Below are positions 50,941 through 60,064 of a stretch of DNA of 64,000 nucleotides, piece by piece. The DNA comes from Bacillota bacterium (lineage in GTDB: Bacteria > Bacillota > Halanaerobiia > Halanaerobiales > DATFIM01): contig JBNJDK010000001.1 in the NCBI GenBank assembly GCA_051744805.1, forward strand, positions 32,572 through 96,571. Direction: 5' to 3'. Positions within the stretch are counted from its first letter, which is position 1; the number at the start of each line of letters is the position of its first letter. The notes below the pieces were generated by a model. That model was not told where the DNA came from. It did no database searches and worked only from the letters and a program-made list of their open reading frames with translations. A program made the translations under genes and the position numbers.

Positions 50941-51074
50941 AAAAATTGGTCAAATTAAATGTTAGACATCTTACAACTTCTTCTTCAATTACAATATTCA
51001 ATAAATAAAAACTAAATCCTTCAGTTAATTTGTTATCATTATATCATAAATCAAAATTCCTATAAACTAAAGTA

Positions 51075-51100
51075 AAGCAGCCAGTATAACTTGGCTGCTT
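51075..51100 (-). terminator. Hairpin after the LiaX/YvlB-like gene
   Basis: AAGCAGCCA-8 nt-TGGCTGCTT with T-rich flanks on both strands. Confidence 0.6.
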
Positions 51101-51135
51101 TTAGAATTAAAATTTATTTTTTATAAAAATTATTT

Positions 51136-52233
51136 TCAATCTATATTAATACTACCATTAGTAGAACGGGATATTAAATTTATCCCATTTTCATTCCAAC
51201 CACTTGATTTTAAAATATAATGTTTATTTGTAAGACCTTCTTTTTCTTTGATAAAATTCATATCATCTAGATTAAGAGAAATAGATCCAATTTTAATTTT
51301 GGTATCTATAAAATATTCTGCTTTATTTGCTAAACTAATATTTTGAGTTCCATTGGTAGTTTTAATTTTTATATTTGAATTATCATTTTTATTTAATATA
51401 GCTGTAATCATTCCATTAACTGCAGATAAATTTAATTTATTAGCATTACCATCAAAAAATATTTTCCCATTTGTACTTTCTACTTTTCCTTCTTTAATAT
51501 CAATATCAACTAAATCAATCTTTCCATTTTTAGTTTTCAACCGAAAACTATTAAAATTTAAATCTTCAATTCTAATTTTACCATTTATACTTTCAACATT
51601 ACCCTGATAAAAATAATCAGTTGGTAAAGTTAAAAATATATCTGTACTTATTCGATGATCTTTAATATTATCAATAGAAATTTGTAAATTATCATCTGAA
51701 TTTTTTATATTATATATTTTGTTCTTTATTACTTCAGCCTTTTCTCTATTTTCAGCCAAAATATTAAACTTAATATTTAAACTATATTCATTTTTATTCC
51801 AACTTCTTAATTTTATTTTTCCATTTGTATTATCTATATCAATTATTGGGTTTTTTGAATTAAAATTTGATTTAAAATTTTCAATAAATTCATAACCTGA
51901 ACCAAAAAAACTACCAAACATATTTTTTATTTCATCTACAATATTGCTACTCCCATCAAGTGAGTCTTCAATCCCTTTTTTTATATTTCTGCTTATTTTC
52001 TCACCATCAATATTTTTTTTTATATTTTCAGTGATATTTTCTGCAATACTTTTACTTTTCTTTTGTGTTTTATTATCTTTAAATTCATTTTTTTCATAAT
52101 TATTTTTCTCAAATTTATTATCTTTTTGATCTATACCATAAGATTCTTTAAGAGCAGAAATTAACTCATCAGCTTCTTCTTTTGTTATTTTTCCTTCTTT
52201 TAACATTTTTTTAACCATTTCCATTTCTTCCAA
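51136..52233 (-). CDS. LiaX/YvlB-like protein: SHOCT-like N-terminal helix plus DUF4097 beta-helical 'putative adhesin' domain
   Basis: 365 aa with an N-terminal VKKMLKEGKITKEEADELISALKE. The C-terminus has repeated TNGKI/VNGxI units typical of DUF4097. Confidence 0.7.
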   Translation of the reverse strand: MEEMEMVKKMLKEGKITKEEADELISALKESYGIDQKDNKFEKNNYEKNEFKDNKTQKKSKSIAENITENIKKNIDGEKISRNIKKGIEDSLDGSSNIVDEIKNMFGSFFGSGYEFIENFKSNFNSKNPIIDIDNTNGKIKLRSWNKNEYSLNIKFNILAENREKAEVIKNKIYNIKNSDDNLQISIDNIKDHRISTDIFLTLPTDYFYQGNVESINGKIRIEDLNFNSFRLKTKNGKIDLVDIDIKEGKVESTNGKIFFDGNANKLNLSAVNGMITAILNKNDNSNIKIKTTNGTQNISLANKAEYFIDTKIKIGSISLNLDDMNFIKEKEGLTNKHYILKSSGWNENGINLISRSTNGSINID

Positions 52234-52310
52234 TTATATCACCCCATAATAAGAATATTCTAACTTTTGAACATATGAGACTATTAATTAATAGTCTCAC
52301 AATATATAAT

Positions 52311-52673
52311 TTACTCAACTTTTATAATAACATGATCTGTTCCATCTTTTATATCTACTAAAGTTCCACCTTCCACTTCTGAATCAACCGAATTAAAAAT
52401 TTCATCAAGATCTAGATCTTGTTTATTAAGACTATTTTTAGCATTTTCAGGCAAGAACTTCATAAAAGATTTAGCTAAAATCATTGGAATCGAGATATTT
52501 ACTTTTTCCTTACCATTTTCCTCTACCAGTATTTTTATAGATTTAGGACTTCCAGTTTTTTTCTTTTTAAGAGTTTTGTCTCCTTCTAAAGTTTCCAATA
52601 AATTATTGGCCTCATCTACATCAATTTTACCTTCTTCTACCATTTTTAAAATCCTCATTCGCTCATCGTTCAT
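52311..52673 (-). CDS. SHOCT-like domain protein
   Basis: MNDERMRILKMVEEGKIDVDEANNLLETLEG. The start was moved to ATG 52673 (AAGGGGGA RBS), which removes the overlap with the upstream gene. Confidence 0.6.
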   Translation of the reverse strand: MNDERMRILKMVEEGKIDVDEANNLLETLEGDKTLKKKKTGSPKSIKILVEENGKEKVNISIPMILAKSFMKFLPENAKNSLNKQDLDLDEIFNSVDSEVEGGTLVDIKDGTDHVIIKVE

Positions 52674-52689
52674 ATCTATAAATCCCCCT

Positions 52690-53067
52690 TTAAATTTTTT
52701 GCAGTAATTCAACTGCTTCTTTAGAATCTATTTCACCTTTTTCTAGTGAATCAAGTATTTCTTTTCTTTTTTCAGCAGTCACATCATCCGGACTTTCTTC
52801 TGCATTATAACCTAAAGCTCCTATAACATCATCAAGTTTATTTCTTACAGTAGGATATGAAATACCCATTTCTCTTTCAACTTCTTTTATATTACCTCTA
52901 GATTTAATGAAAACTTCGACAAATTCCAATTGTTCTTTATCTAAACGCAAAAATTTATCTAACTGAAAATTACCACTTATTTCTGTTCTGCAGTGAGGAC
53001 ACTTTAATTTAGTTATTCTTAAATTTTCATTACATACTGGACATTTACCTATAAGATCATGAGCCAT
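52690..53067 (-). CDS. DUF2089-family zinc-ribbon plus HTH protein
   Basis: CPVCNENL...CPHC zinc ribbon followed by IKEVEREMGISYPTVRNKLDDVI. ATG 53067 follows AGAGGTGA. Confidence 0.75.
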   Translation of the reverse strand: MAHDLIGKCPVCNENLRITKLKCPHCRTEISGNFQLDKFLRLDKEQLEFVEVFIKSRGNIKEVEREMGISYPTVRNKLDDVIGALGYNAEESPDDVTAEKRKEILDSLEKGEIDSKEAVELLQKI

Positions 53068-53085
53068 AATTTTCACCTCTTTCTA

Positions 53086-53103
53086 TTTTATCTGTTGATA
53101 AAA
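53086..53103. promoter_or_regulatory. Inverted repeat TTTTATC-N4-GATAAAA overlapping the -10/+1 of the DUF2089 promoter
   Basis: A perfect 7-4-7 palindrome between the -10 and the RBS. It is a candidate autoregulatory operator, but it is AT-rich, so chance occurrence is not negligible. Confidence 0.35.
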
Positions 53104-53131
53104 TTATATAATACTAACTTAATTTTGTCAA
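53103..53131 (-). promoter_or_regulatory. Consensus sigma-70-type promoter of the DUF2089 operon
   Basis: TTGACA, 17 nt, TATAAT on the minus strand; both hexamers match the consensus exactly. Confidence 0.65.
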
Positions 53132-53268
53132 GTAATATATTAATTTATTTAAAAAACTAATTAATATATTTAATTTAAAGGGGTTGTTCTAATTGTTTTT
53201 GTAACAGAATATTAATTAATTTAGACAATTTATTTATTCTTTTGAACTAAGAGTTAAATATATCAATA

Positions 53269-54456
53269 CTATCCAGAAATTTTACCATAATTCCCTCCAC
53301 CACCAGATTGAATAGATAAATTTCCTTTTCTAGATTTAATAATAAGATTTGCCAGTTTTTTACCAATGACCGATTTTATATCCTCATATTTACTATTATG
53401 AATAATTTCCATTTCCGTACCAAACTCTTCAAGTAATTTTTCTAAGCTTTTATTTCCTATTCCAGGTAAATTTAATAATGGAACCTGATATTTATATTTT
53501 CCTCTAAAAGAAGGGGACTTAGACCTATTTCGAGGACTAATACTTAAAACTCTATCTTTAACTCCTCTAATTAATTTTTCACTTTTACAAATCGGACACT
53601 TAGCAATGGTTTTTTCTTCAGAAAATATTGTATCACAATCTGGGCAGTATGAACGATGATATTTTCCCAGCCGAGGATCCATCCCAAAATTTTTAATTAT
53701 ATTTCTACCTTTGTTTCTATTTAAAGCAAGTTTAAATTCATAAAAATTCAGGTCATTTATTTTGAAAATATTATATTCTCTTGCTATTTTAGGAACTGAG
53801 TGGGCATCAGAATTACTTAAAAAACTTTTATTTCTTAATTCTGGTAAATAATCTGCTAATTTTGTATCAGCACTTAAACCTAATTCAATTGCAGGAATTT
53901 CATCCCACTGTTTTTCACTAAAAACTTCTTTATAAGATGAAAAAGAATTCCCATAAAAACTTTTATGAGGTGTAAATGCATGAGCAGGTATTAAAATACC
54001 TGAACATAGTTTTACAATTTTAAATATCTCAGCTCCTGTTAAACCAGTTGATTGAGAACTCAAATTAATATTGCTAATATATTGACTCATTATTTCACTA
54101 AATTCTTTTAAATTTTGCAAATAAGGAAAATAAGCAAGATAATGAGCCTGCCCCCCATTTTTTTCTCTACTTTCAACTTCAGCACCAGGTATAATTAATA
54201 ATTCATCCTTATATAATAAACCACCAGAAGACAACTCTTTCATTACTTTACTATCCAGTAATGATTCAATGTCTTTAATTACATCAGGAGATGCAGAATC
54301 AATAACTCCAACTATATCTAAACCTTTTCGTTCTAAAGATTCTTTAGCTATATTAGAAAAGTTAAGTTTATCAGAAGCTGTTATCTTTACAGCCTGACCA
54401 GAACTTGCCCGACCAATATGAATATGCAAATCAGCAAAATAATTATTCAATTTCAT
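53269..54456 (-). CDS. Endonuclease Q-like PHP-domain protein (TIGR00375 family)
   Basis: N-terminal YFADLHIHIG (PHP), a CPDC...CPICK zinc finger and a C-terminal helix-hairpin-helix (LPGIGNKSLEKLLEEFG). The start is probably M19 (54456) or M16 (54465). Confidence 0.7.
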   Translation of the reverse strand: MKLNNYFADLHIHIGRASSGQAVKITASDKLNFSNIAKESLERKGLDIVGVIDSASPDVIKDIESLLDSKVMKELSSGGLLYKDELLIIPGAEVESREKNGGQAHYLAYFPYLQNLKEFSEIMSQYISNINLSSQSTGLTGAEIFKIVKLCSGILIPAHAFTPHKSFYGNSFSSYKEVFSEKQWDEIPAIELGLSADTKLADYLPELRNKSFLSNSDAHSVPKIAREYNIFKINDLNFYEFKLALNRNKGRNIIKNFGMDPRLGKYHRSYCPDCDTIFSEEKTIAKCPICKSEKLIRGVKDRVLSISPRNRSKSPSFRGKYKYQVPLLNLPGIGNKSLEKLLEEFGTEMEIIHNSKYEDIKSVIGKKLANLIIKSRKGNLSIQSGGGGNYGKISG

Positions 54457-55000
54457 TAAAATCATCCTGATTTTGTAGATAATATAGTAAGCCAACAATA
54501 GTTTTACCATCTACTATTTTTTCATTTTTTATTTTTTCCATTATTTCAGCTGGGTCTAAAAGTGCATGTTTGATAAACTCTCCAGGATCAAGCCCATCTC
54601 CAGGTTCAAATTGCAAGTCTTTGGCTAAATATAAATGCAATTTTTCATTTGAATAACCTGGACTGGTATAAAAGGAAAATAATTTTTTAACTTCTTTAGG
54701 TCTATATCCTGTTTCTTCCCATAACTCACGAGCAGCACATTCAGCAGGCATTTCACCATCATCAAGTTTACCAGCTGGTAGTTCTAACAACATTTTTTCT
54801 ACTGCTTTTCTATATTGCTTAACCATTAAAATTTTATTATCTTCATTTTGAGCAATAATTGTTACCCCTCCACTATGTTCTATTACTTCTCTGTAAGACT
54901 CATTTTCATCCGGTAAAAGAACTCTATCTTTCCTTAATTTCAAAACAGATCCATCATAAATATCTTTGCTTTTGATGGTTTTTTCTTCATAATCTGACAT
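54443..55000 (-). CDS. nudF: NUDIX hydrolase, ADP-ribose pyrophosphatase type
   Basis: 185 aa with the Nudix box GKLDDGEMPAECAARELWEETG. Confidence 0.85.
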   Translation of the reverse strand: MSDYEEKTIKSKDIYDGSVLKLRKDRVLLPDENESYREVIEHSGGVTIIAQNEDNKILMVKQYRKAVEKMLLELPAGKLDDGEMPAECAARELWEETGYRPKEVKKLFSFYTSPGYSNEKLHLYLAKDLQFEPGDGLDPGEFIKHALLDPAEIMEKIKNEKIVDGKTIVGLLYYLQNQDDFNEIE

Positions 55001-55017
55001 GCTATCACTCCTCTATT

Positions 55018-56136
55018 CTAAAATGATCTAATTATATTTATTAAATACTCAATTAATTTTAAGAGATTAGAAATTTTCACTCTTTCTTCAGTAGAATGTA
55101 CATTTTCCATGGCTGAACCTAAATTTACAGTGGAAAGACCTTTAATATTAAAAATATTAGCATCACTACCCCCACCACTACTTGTAAGTTCAAAAGGAAT
55201 ATTTGTTTTTTTAGCAGCTTTTTTCATTATTTTAATGATTTTTTCATTTTCATTAATTTCAAAACTCTTATATAATTGCTCAATATCAAATTCAATATTT
55301 CCATTTAATTTATCAGTATAATTACTAAGTATTTTTTTCATTTTTTTAGTTTGATCTAATAATTTTTTTTCATTATGACTTCTTACTTCACCTTCAAGTT
55401 CAACTAAATCAGGAACAATATTACTTGCTGATCCACCTTTAATTACTCCTATATTAGCAGTAGTTTCTTTATCAATTCTTCCTACTGGCATTTCTGAAAT
55501 AGCATGACTGACTATTTTAATAGCATTAACACCCTTTTCCGGCTCCATTCCAGCATGAGCTGCTTTGCCATTTATAACAGCATTGAATTTTTTTTGGCCT
55601 GGAGCTTTATTTATCACATTTCCTATACTACCATCTGCATCAACTACTATACCATAATCAGCTTTTTTAATATATGAAGAATCAAGATTTTTAGTGCCAA
55701 GTAAACCTATTTCCTCTGCAACAGAAAAAACTACAATTATATTGGGATATGTATATTTTTCCTTCTGTAATTTTTTTACTGCTTCAATTATACTGAGGAC
55801 TCCTATCATATCATCTCCACCTAAAACAGTTTCACCTTTACTATATATATATCCATCTTTTATTGTTGTTTCAACTCCTTTACCGGGAGTTACTCGATCC
55901 ATATGAGCAGATAATAAAATAGTTGGTAAAGAGTTATCTCCTTCTAATTCAGCAATAATATTACCCGAATTACCTTCAATCTTTTCTCCAGCACTATCTT
56001 CTTTCACTTGAAATCCAAGCTCATTGAGTTCCATTTTCAATTTATCAGCCATTTTTCTCTCACTTTTTGATATACTATCAACTTCAACTAATTCTATAAA
56101 TTTTTCAACAATTTTTTCTTTTTCTAAATTATACAT
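55018..56136 (-). CDS. M20-family metallopeptidase (peptidase T/tripeptidase-like)
   Basis: 372 aa with LSAHMDRV, GGDDMIG and AEEIGLLG motifs. Confidence 0.8.
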   Translation of the reverse strand: MYNLEKEKIVEKFIELVEVDSISKSERKMADKLKMELNELGFQVKEDSAGEKIEGNSGNIIAELEGDNSLPTILLSAHMDRVTPGKGVETTIKDGYIYSKGETVLGGDDMIGVLSIIEAVKKLQKEKYTYPNIIVVFSVAEEIGLLGTKNLDSSYIKKADYGIVVDADGSIGNVINKAPGQKKFNAVINGKAAHAGMEPEKGVNAIKIVSHAISEMPVGRIDKETTANIGVIKGGSASNIVPDLVELEGEVRSHNEKKLLDQTKKMKKILSNYTDKLNGNIEFDIEQLYKSFEINENEKIIKIMKKAAKKTNIPFELTSSGGGSDANIFNIKGLSTVNLGSAMENVHSTEERVKISNLLKLIEYLINIIRSF

Positions 56137-56187
56137 TTAATTACCTCCTCGTAAATTTAAAAGTAACCTCACTATTATATTAACACA

Positions 56188-56221
56188 AAAATCCTTCCCT
56201 GAAAAATTCAGAGAAGGATTT
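56188..56221 (-). terminator. Rho-independent terminator after the oxidoreductase gamma gene
   Basis: AAATCCTTC..CTGAA-aaa-TTCAG..GAAGGATTT, followed on the minus strand by TTTTGTGTT. Confidence 0.7.
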
Positions 56222-56257
56222 ATTTAAATTAATTAATCTAATGTTAAATATAATAAT

Positions 56258-56794
56258 TTATTTAACAAGCTCATTCCCTTTTTCTAATGCTTTTTCATTA
56301 ATAGGGATCAAGCCATGTCTTCGCTCTGGTAAAACATTTTTAAGAGATTCTTTAACAATATCAAGGTCAAGAATTCCAGTTTGTCCAATATAAGCACCAA
56401 GCATAGCCATATTAGCAGCTTTACTATTTCCCAAATCATTAGCAATCTCATTAGCTGGGACTTTTATAACTTCCACATCATCTCTTTCAACTTCTTTTTC
56501 AATAAGAGATGAATTAACAAAAATAGTTCCTCCAGATCTTACTTTTGGAGCAAATTTATCTAAAGAAGGCAAATTCATTACAATTATTGAATTCGGATTA
56601 GAAGAAAGTGGAGATGGAATCTTATCATCAGAAACGATAACTGTACAATTAGCTGTTCCACCTCTCATTTCTGGTCCATAAGAAGGCATCCATGAAACTT
56701 CTTTCCCTCTCTTCATACCAGCATATGAAAGCAATTTACCTATTGACATTACTCCCTGACCACCAAATCCGGCCATAATTATTTCTTCTTTCAT
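56258..56794 (-). CDS. 2-oxoacid:ferredoxin oxidoreductase, gamma subunit
   Basis: MKEEIIMAGFGGQGV... Start at ATG 56794 after GGAGGG. Confidence 0.9.
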   Translation of the reverse strand: MKEEIIMAGFGGQGVMSIGKLLSYAGMKRGKEVSWMPSYGPEMRGGTANCTVIVSDDKIPSPLSSNPNSIIVMNLPSLDKFAPKVRSGGTIFVNSSLIEKEVERDDVEVIKVPANEIANDLGNSKAANMAMLGAYIGQTGILDLDIVKESLKNVLPERRHGLIPINEKALEKGNELVK

Positions 56795-56795
56795 A

Positions 56796-57542
56796 TTATT
56801 CACCCTCCTCTGGAGACTTAATTTCACCTAGAGGATAAACAGGGATCATATTTTCATCAAGCCATTCTGTAGCATCTATAGGACTCATTCCCCAATTTGT
56901 TGGACAGGTAGAAAGAACTTCAACTAATGAATAACCCTTACCCTCTAATTGAGTTTCAAAAGCTTTTTTAATTGCCTTTTTAGCTTCTCTAATATATTTG
57001 GGTTTATGAACAGATACTCTAGAAACATAAGCAGCTCCATCAGCAACGCTTAGCATTTCAGTAATTTTAATTGGCCCTCCTGCTTCTTTAACATCTCTAC
57101 CATAAGGAGAAGTAGTTGTTTTTTGACCTTCTAAAGATGTTGGAGCCATCTGTCCACCAGTCATACCATAAATGGCATTATTAACAAATATTGTAGTAAT
57201 ATTTTCTCCACGGTTTGCTGCATGTACACTTTCAGCAGTACCTATAGATGCAAAATCACCATCACCTTGATAGGTAAATACTACTTTATCAGGATGAACT
57301 CTTTTTATACCTGTTGCAACTGCAGGAGCTCTACCGTGAGATGCTTCATGCATATCACAATCAAAATACTCATAAGCCAGTACTGAACAACCTACTGGTG
57401 CAACTCCAATTGTTTCATCTTTTATATCTAATTCATCCATAACTTCAGCTATCAAACGGTGGATAATGCCATGAGTACAACCAGGACAGTAGTGAAATTC
57501 TTTATCAGTGAGTGAATCTGGATATCCGGCTACTTCTTTCAT
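56796..57542 (-). CDS. 2-oxoacid:ferredoxin oxidoreductase, beta (TPP-binding) subunit
   Basis: 248 aa with CPGCTHG and GDGD..SIG..E..HAANRGENIT..VNNAIYGMTGGQ. Confidence 0.92.
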   Translation of the reverse strand: MKEVAGYPDSLTDKEFHYCPGCTHGIIHRLIAEVMDELDIKDETIGVAPVGCSVLAYEYFDCDMHEASHGRAPAVATGIKRVHPDKVVFTYQGDGDFASIGTAESVHAANRGENITTIFVNNAIYGMTGGQMAPTSLEGQKTTTSPYGRDVKEAGGPIKITEMLSVADGAAYVSRVSVHKPKYIREAKKAIKKAFETQLEGKGYSLVEVLSTCPTNWGMSPIDATEWLDENMIPVYPLGEIKSPEEGE

Positions 57543-58606
57543 TATCTGTCACCTCCCATATGTTCTTTAACTTTATCATATATTTCTTCAGGTGAAGGTA
57601 TCATACCACCAGGTCTACCATGGAAATAAACCGGTTTTTTACCTTCAACAGCAAGTCTTACATCTTCTATCATTTGTCCAGTACTCATTTCAACTGCTAA
57701 GAAAGAGTCAACATTTTCAGCAGCATCACGAATTACTTCAGTTGGAAATGGGAAAAGAGTAATCGGTCTAATAAGGCCAACTTTTATTCCTTCTTCTCTG
57801 GCCATTTCCATCGCATTAATTGCAATTCTAGCAGTTGTACCATAAGCAACTATAGCCAAATCTGCATCTTCCATATTATAAGTTTCATATCTAACTTCAT
57901 TTTCTTTCATCTTGTCATATTTTTCTTTTAACTTCCAGTTATGATCTTCAAGATCCTGAGGATCTAAAGCTAAAGAGTTTATGACATTTTTTTCTCTTCC
58001 TTTAGCTCCATCAGTTGCCCATTCTTTTTTTGGTAATTCATCTGGATCAACTTCATTCTTGAATTCAACAGGCTCCATCATTTGGCCAATCATTCCATCT
58101 CCCACAATCATAACAGGATTACGATACCTATCAGCTATTTCAAAAGCTTCCATAGTTAGATCTACTAACTCTTGCACGGATGATGGAGCTAAAACACACA
58201 ATCTAAAATCTCCATGAGCCATTCCTTTTGTGGCCTGGAAATAATCTGATTGAGAAGGTTGAATACCACCCAATCCTGGTCCACCTCTCATCATATTAAC
58301 AATAACTGCAGGTAATTCTGCTCCTGCTATATATGAAATACCCTCTGCTTTAAGACTAATTCCTGGACTGGATGAAGAAGTCATTACTCTTGCACCAGAA
58401 CCAGCTGCACCATAAACCATATTACTTGCCGCAACTTCACTTTCAGCCTGAAGAAATGTACCTCCTACTTCCGGTAATCTTCGAGCCATATAAGCTGGAA
58501 CATCATTTTGAGGTGTTATTGGATAACCGAAAAAATAACGACAACCTGCTTTAATAGCTGCTTCAGCTACAGCTTCATTTCCTTTCATCAAAGTTTTTTC
58601 TCCCAT
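57542..58606 (-). CDS. vorB: 2-oxoacid:ferredoxin oxidoreductase, alpha subunit (VorB-like)
   Basis: 354 aa with LMKGNEAVAEAAIKAGCRYFFGYPITPQ. Confidence 0.9.
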   Translation of the reverse strand: MGEKTLMKGNEAVAEAAIKAGCRYFFGYPITPQNDVPAYMARRLPEVGGTFLQAESEVAASNMVYGAAGSGARVMTSSSSPGISLKAEGISYIAGAELPAVIVNMMRGGPGLGGIQPSQSDYFQATKGMAHGDFRLCVLAPSSVQELVDLTMEAFEIADRYRNPVMIVGDGMIGQMMEPVEFKNEVDPDELPKKEWATDGAKGREKNVINSLALDPQDLEDHNWKLKEKYDKMKENEVRYETYNMEDADLAIVAYGTTARIAINAMEMAREEGIKVGLIRPITLFPFPTEVIRDAAENVDSFLAVEMSTGQMIEDVRLAVEGKKPVYFHGRPGGMIPSPEEIYDKVKEHMGGDR

Positions 58607-58634
58607 CTTAAAACCTCCCTTTTATTGGTATAAT

Positions 58635-58853
58635 CTATTCTTCTTTATATACAGTAATTACTACATCTGGACACATTTGAGCACACAATCCACAGCTTAT
58701 ACATTCATCCTGGTCTGTAACTTCAGCAGGGTGATAACCATGGCTATTTATTCTATCTGCCATTTTTATAATATCTTTAGGGCAGACAGTTGTACAAAGT
58801 TCACAGCCTTTACATCTTTCTTCATTAAATACTACTTTTTTTACTTTTTCCAT
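58635..58853 (-). CDS. 4Fe-4S ferredoxin-type delta subunit
   Basis: 72 aa with two CxxCxxCxxxCP motifs (CKGCELCTTVCP, CISCGLCAQMCP). Confidence 0.9.
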   Translation of the reverse strand: MEKVKKVVFNEERCKGCELCTTVCPKDIIKMADRINSHGYHPAEVTDQDECISCGLCAQMCPDVVITVYKEE

Positions 58854-58947
58854 CTAATTAACCCCCTTTATCTTTCTTGAAGTTTCTACCAACAGTAATT
58901 GTATCATATTCTTTAGACCAAAACCAGTTTTTAAAAAATCACAGGAA

Positions 58948-58974
58948 CATACCCGGGTTTAGGACCCGGGTATG
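58948..58974 (-). terminator. GC-rich hairpin between buk and the oxidoreductase genes (possible partial terminator or processing site)
   Basis: CATACCCGGGT-ttagg-ACCCGGGTATG is a perfect 11-bp stem. The U-run (GATTTTTT) begins about 9 nt after the stem on the minus strand. Confidence 0.45.
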
Positions 58975-58979
58975 TAAAT

Positions 58980-60050
58980 TTAATTATATACTTTGGCCTC
59001 TTCTTCACCATTTAATACTCGTTTTGCTCCTGCAGCAAGTGCTTTTAATTCTTCTTCTCCAGGATAAATAACTAAAGGAGCAATAAACTCAACAGAACTT
59101 TTTATTTCTTTTACAAAATAATCTGAGTAAGCAATTCCTCCTGTCAAAATAATAGCATCTATTTCTCCATTAGTCACTGGAGCTAGAGAGGCTATTTCTT
59201 TTGAAGTTTGATAGGCCATTGCTTTGAAAACTAATTCAGCCTTTTTATCTCCATTATCAATCTTATTTTCAACTTCTATCATATCATTTGTTCCAAGATA
59301 TGCTACTACTCCACCTTTTCCTACTAATTTCTTTTTAATTTCTTCATAGGAATATTTTTCATCATAACACATCTCAAAAAGGTCAAAACTTGGAAGTCCT
59401 CCACTTCTATTTGGAGAAAATGGACCTTCCCCACTTAAAGCATCATTAACATCAATAACTTTCCCTTTTTTATGAATTCCTACAGAAATTCCTCCACCTA
59501 AGTGGGCAACAATTAAATTTAAATTTTCGTATTCTTTGTTATTATTTTTGGCATATTTTCTTGCTACTGCTTTTTGGTTAAGAGCATGAAATATGCTGAC
59601 TCTTTCAATTTCAGGTAATCCTGATAAACGAGCTACATCCTGCAACTCATCAACAACAACTGGATCTACTATATAGGATGGAATATCAACTTTATCAGCA
59701 ATTGATTTTGCTAATATACCACCTAAATTACTGGCATGTTCACCCTGTACACCTTTATTTAAGTCTTCAATCATTTTCTCATTTACTTTATAAGTGCCAC
59801 CTGGTATAGGTTTTAATAATCCACCTCTACCTACCACAGCTGAAAGATGATCCAGTTCAACTTCCTTTTTATCTAAAAAATCTAAAATATATGAAAGTCT
59901 AAGGTCCTGTTGATCTGTTATATTTTTAAAGTCTTTTAATTCATCTGCATTGTGAGAAATATTTTCTACAAAAACTTCTTCTAACCCTTTATATAAACCA
60001 AGTTTAGTAGAAGTTGAACCTGGGTTGAGCACTAAAATCATCTTTTCCAT
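58980..60050 (-). CDS. buk: Butyrate (branched-chain acyl) kinase
   Basis: 356 aa with ILVLNPGSTSTKL and the ASKHA fold pattern. Confidence 0.93.
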   Translation of the reverse strand: MEKMILVLNPGSTSTKLGLYKGLEEVFVENISHNADELKDFKNITDQQDLRLSYILDFLDKKEVELDHLSAVVGRGGLLKPIPGGTYKVNEKMIEDLNKGVQGEHASNLGGILAKSIADKVDIPSYIVDPVVVDELQDVARLSGLPEIERVSIFHALNQKAVARKYAKNNNKEYENLNLIVAHLGGGISVGIHKKGKVIDVNDALSGEGPFSPNRSGGLPSFDLFEMCYDEKYSYEEIKKKLVGKGGVVAYLGTNDMIEVENKIDNGDKKAELVFKAMAYQTSKEIASLAPVTNGEIDAIILTGGIAYSDYFVKEIKSSVEFIAPLVIYPGEEELKALAAGAKRVLNGEEEAKVYN

Positions 60051-60064
60051 AAAATAAGATCCTC

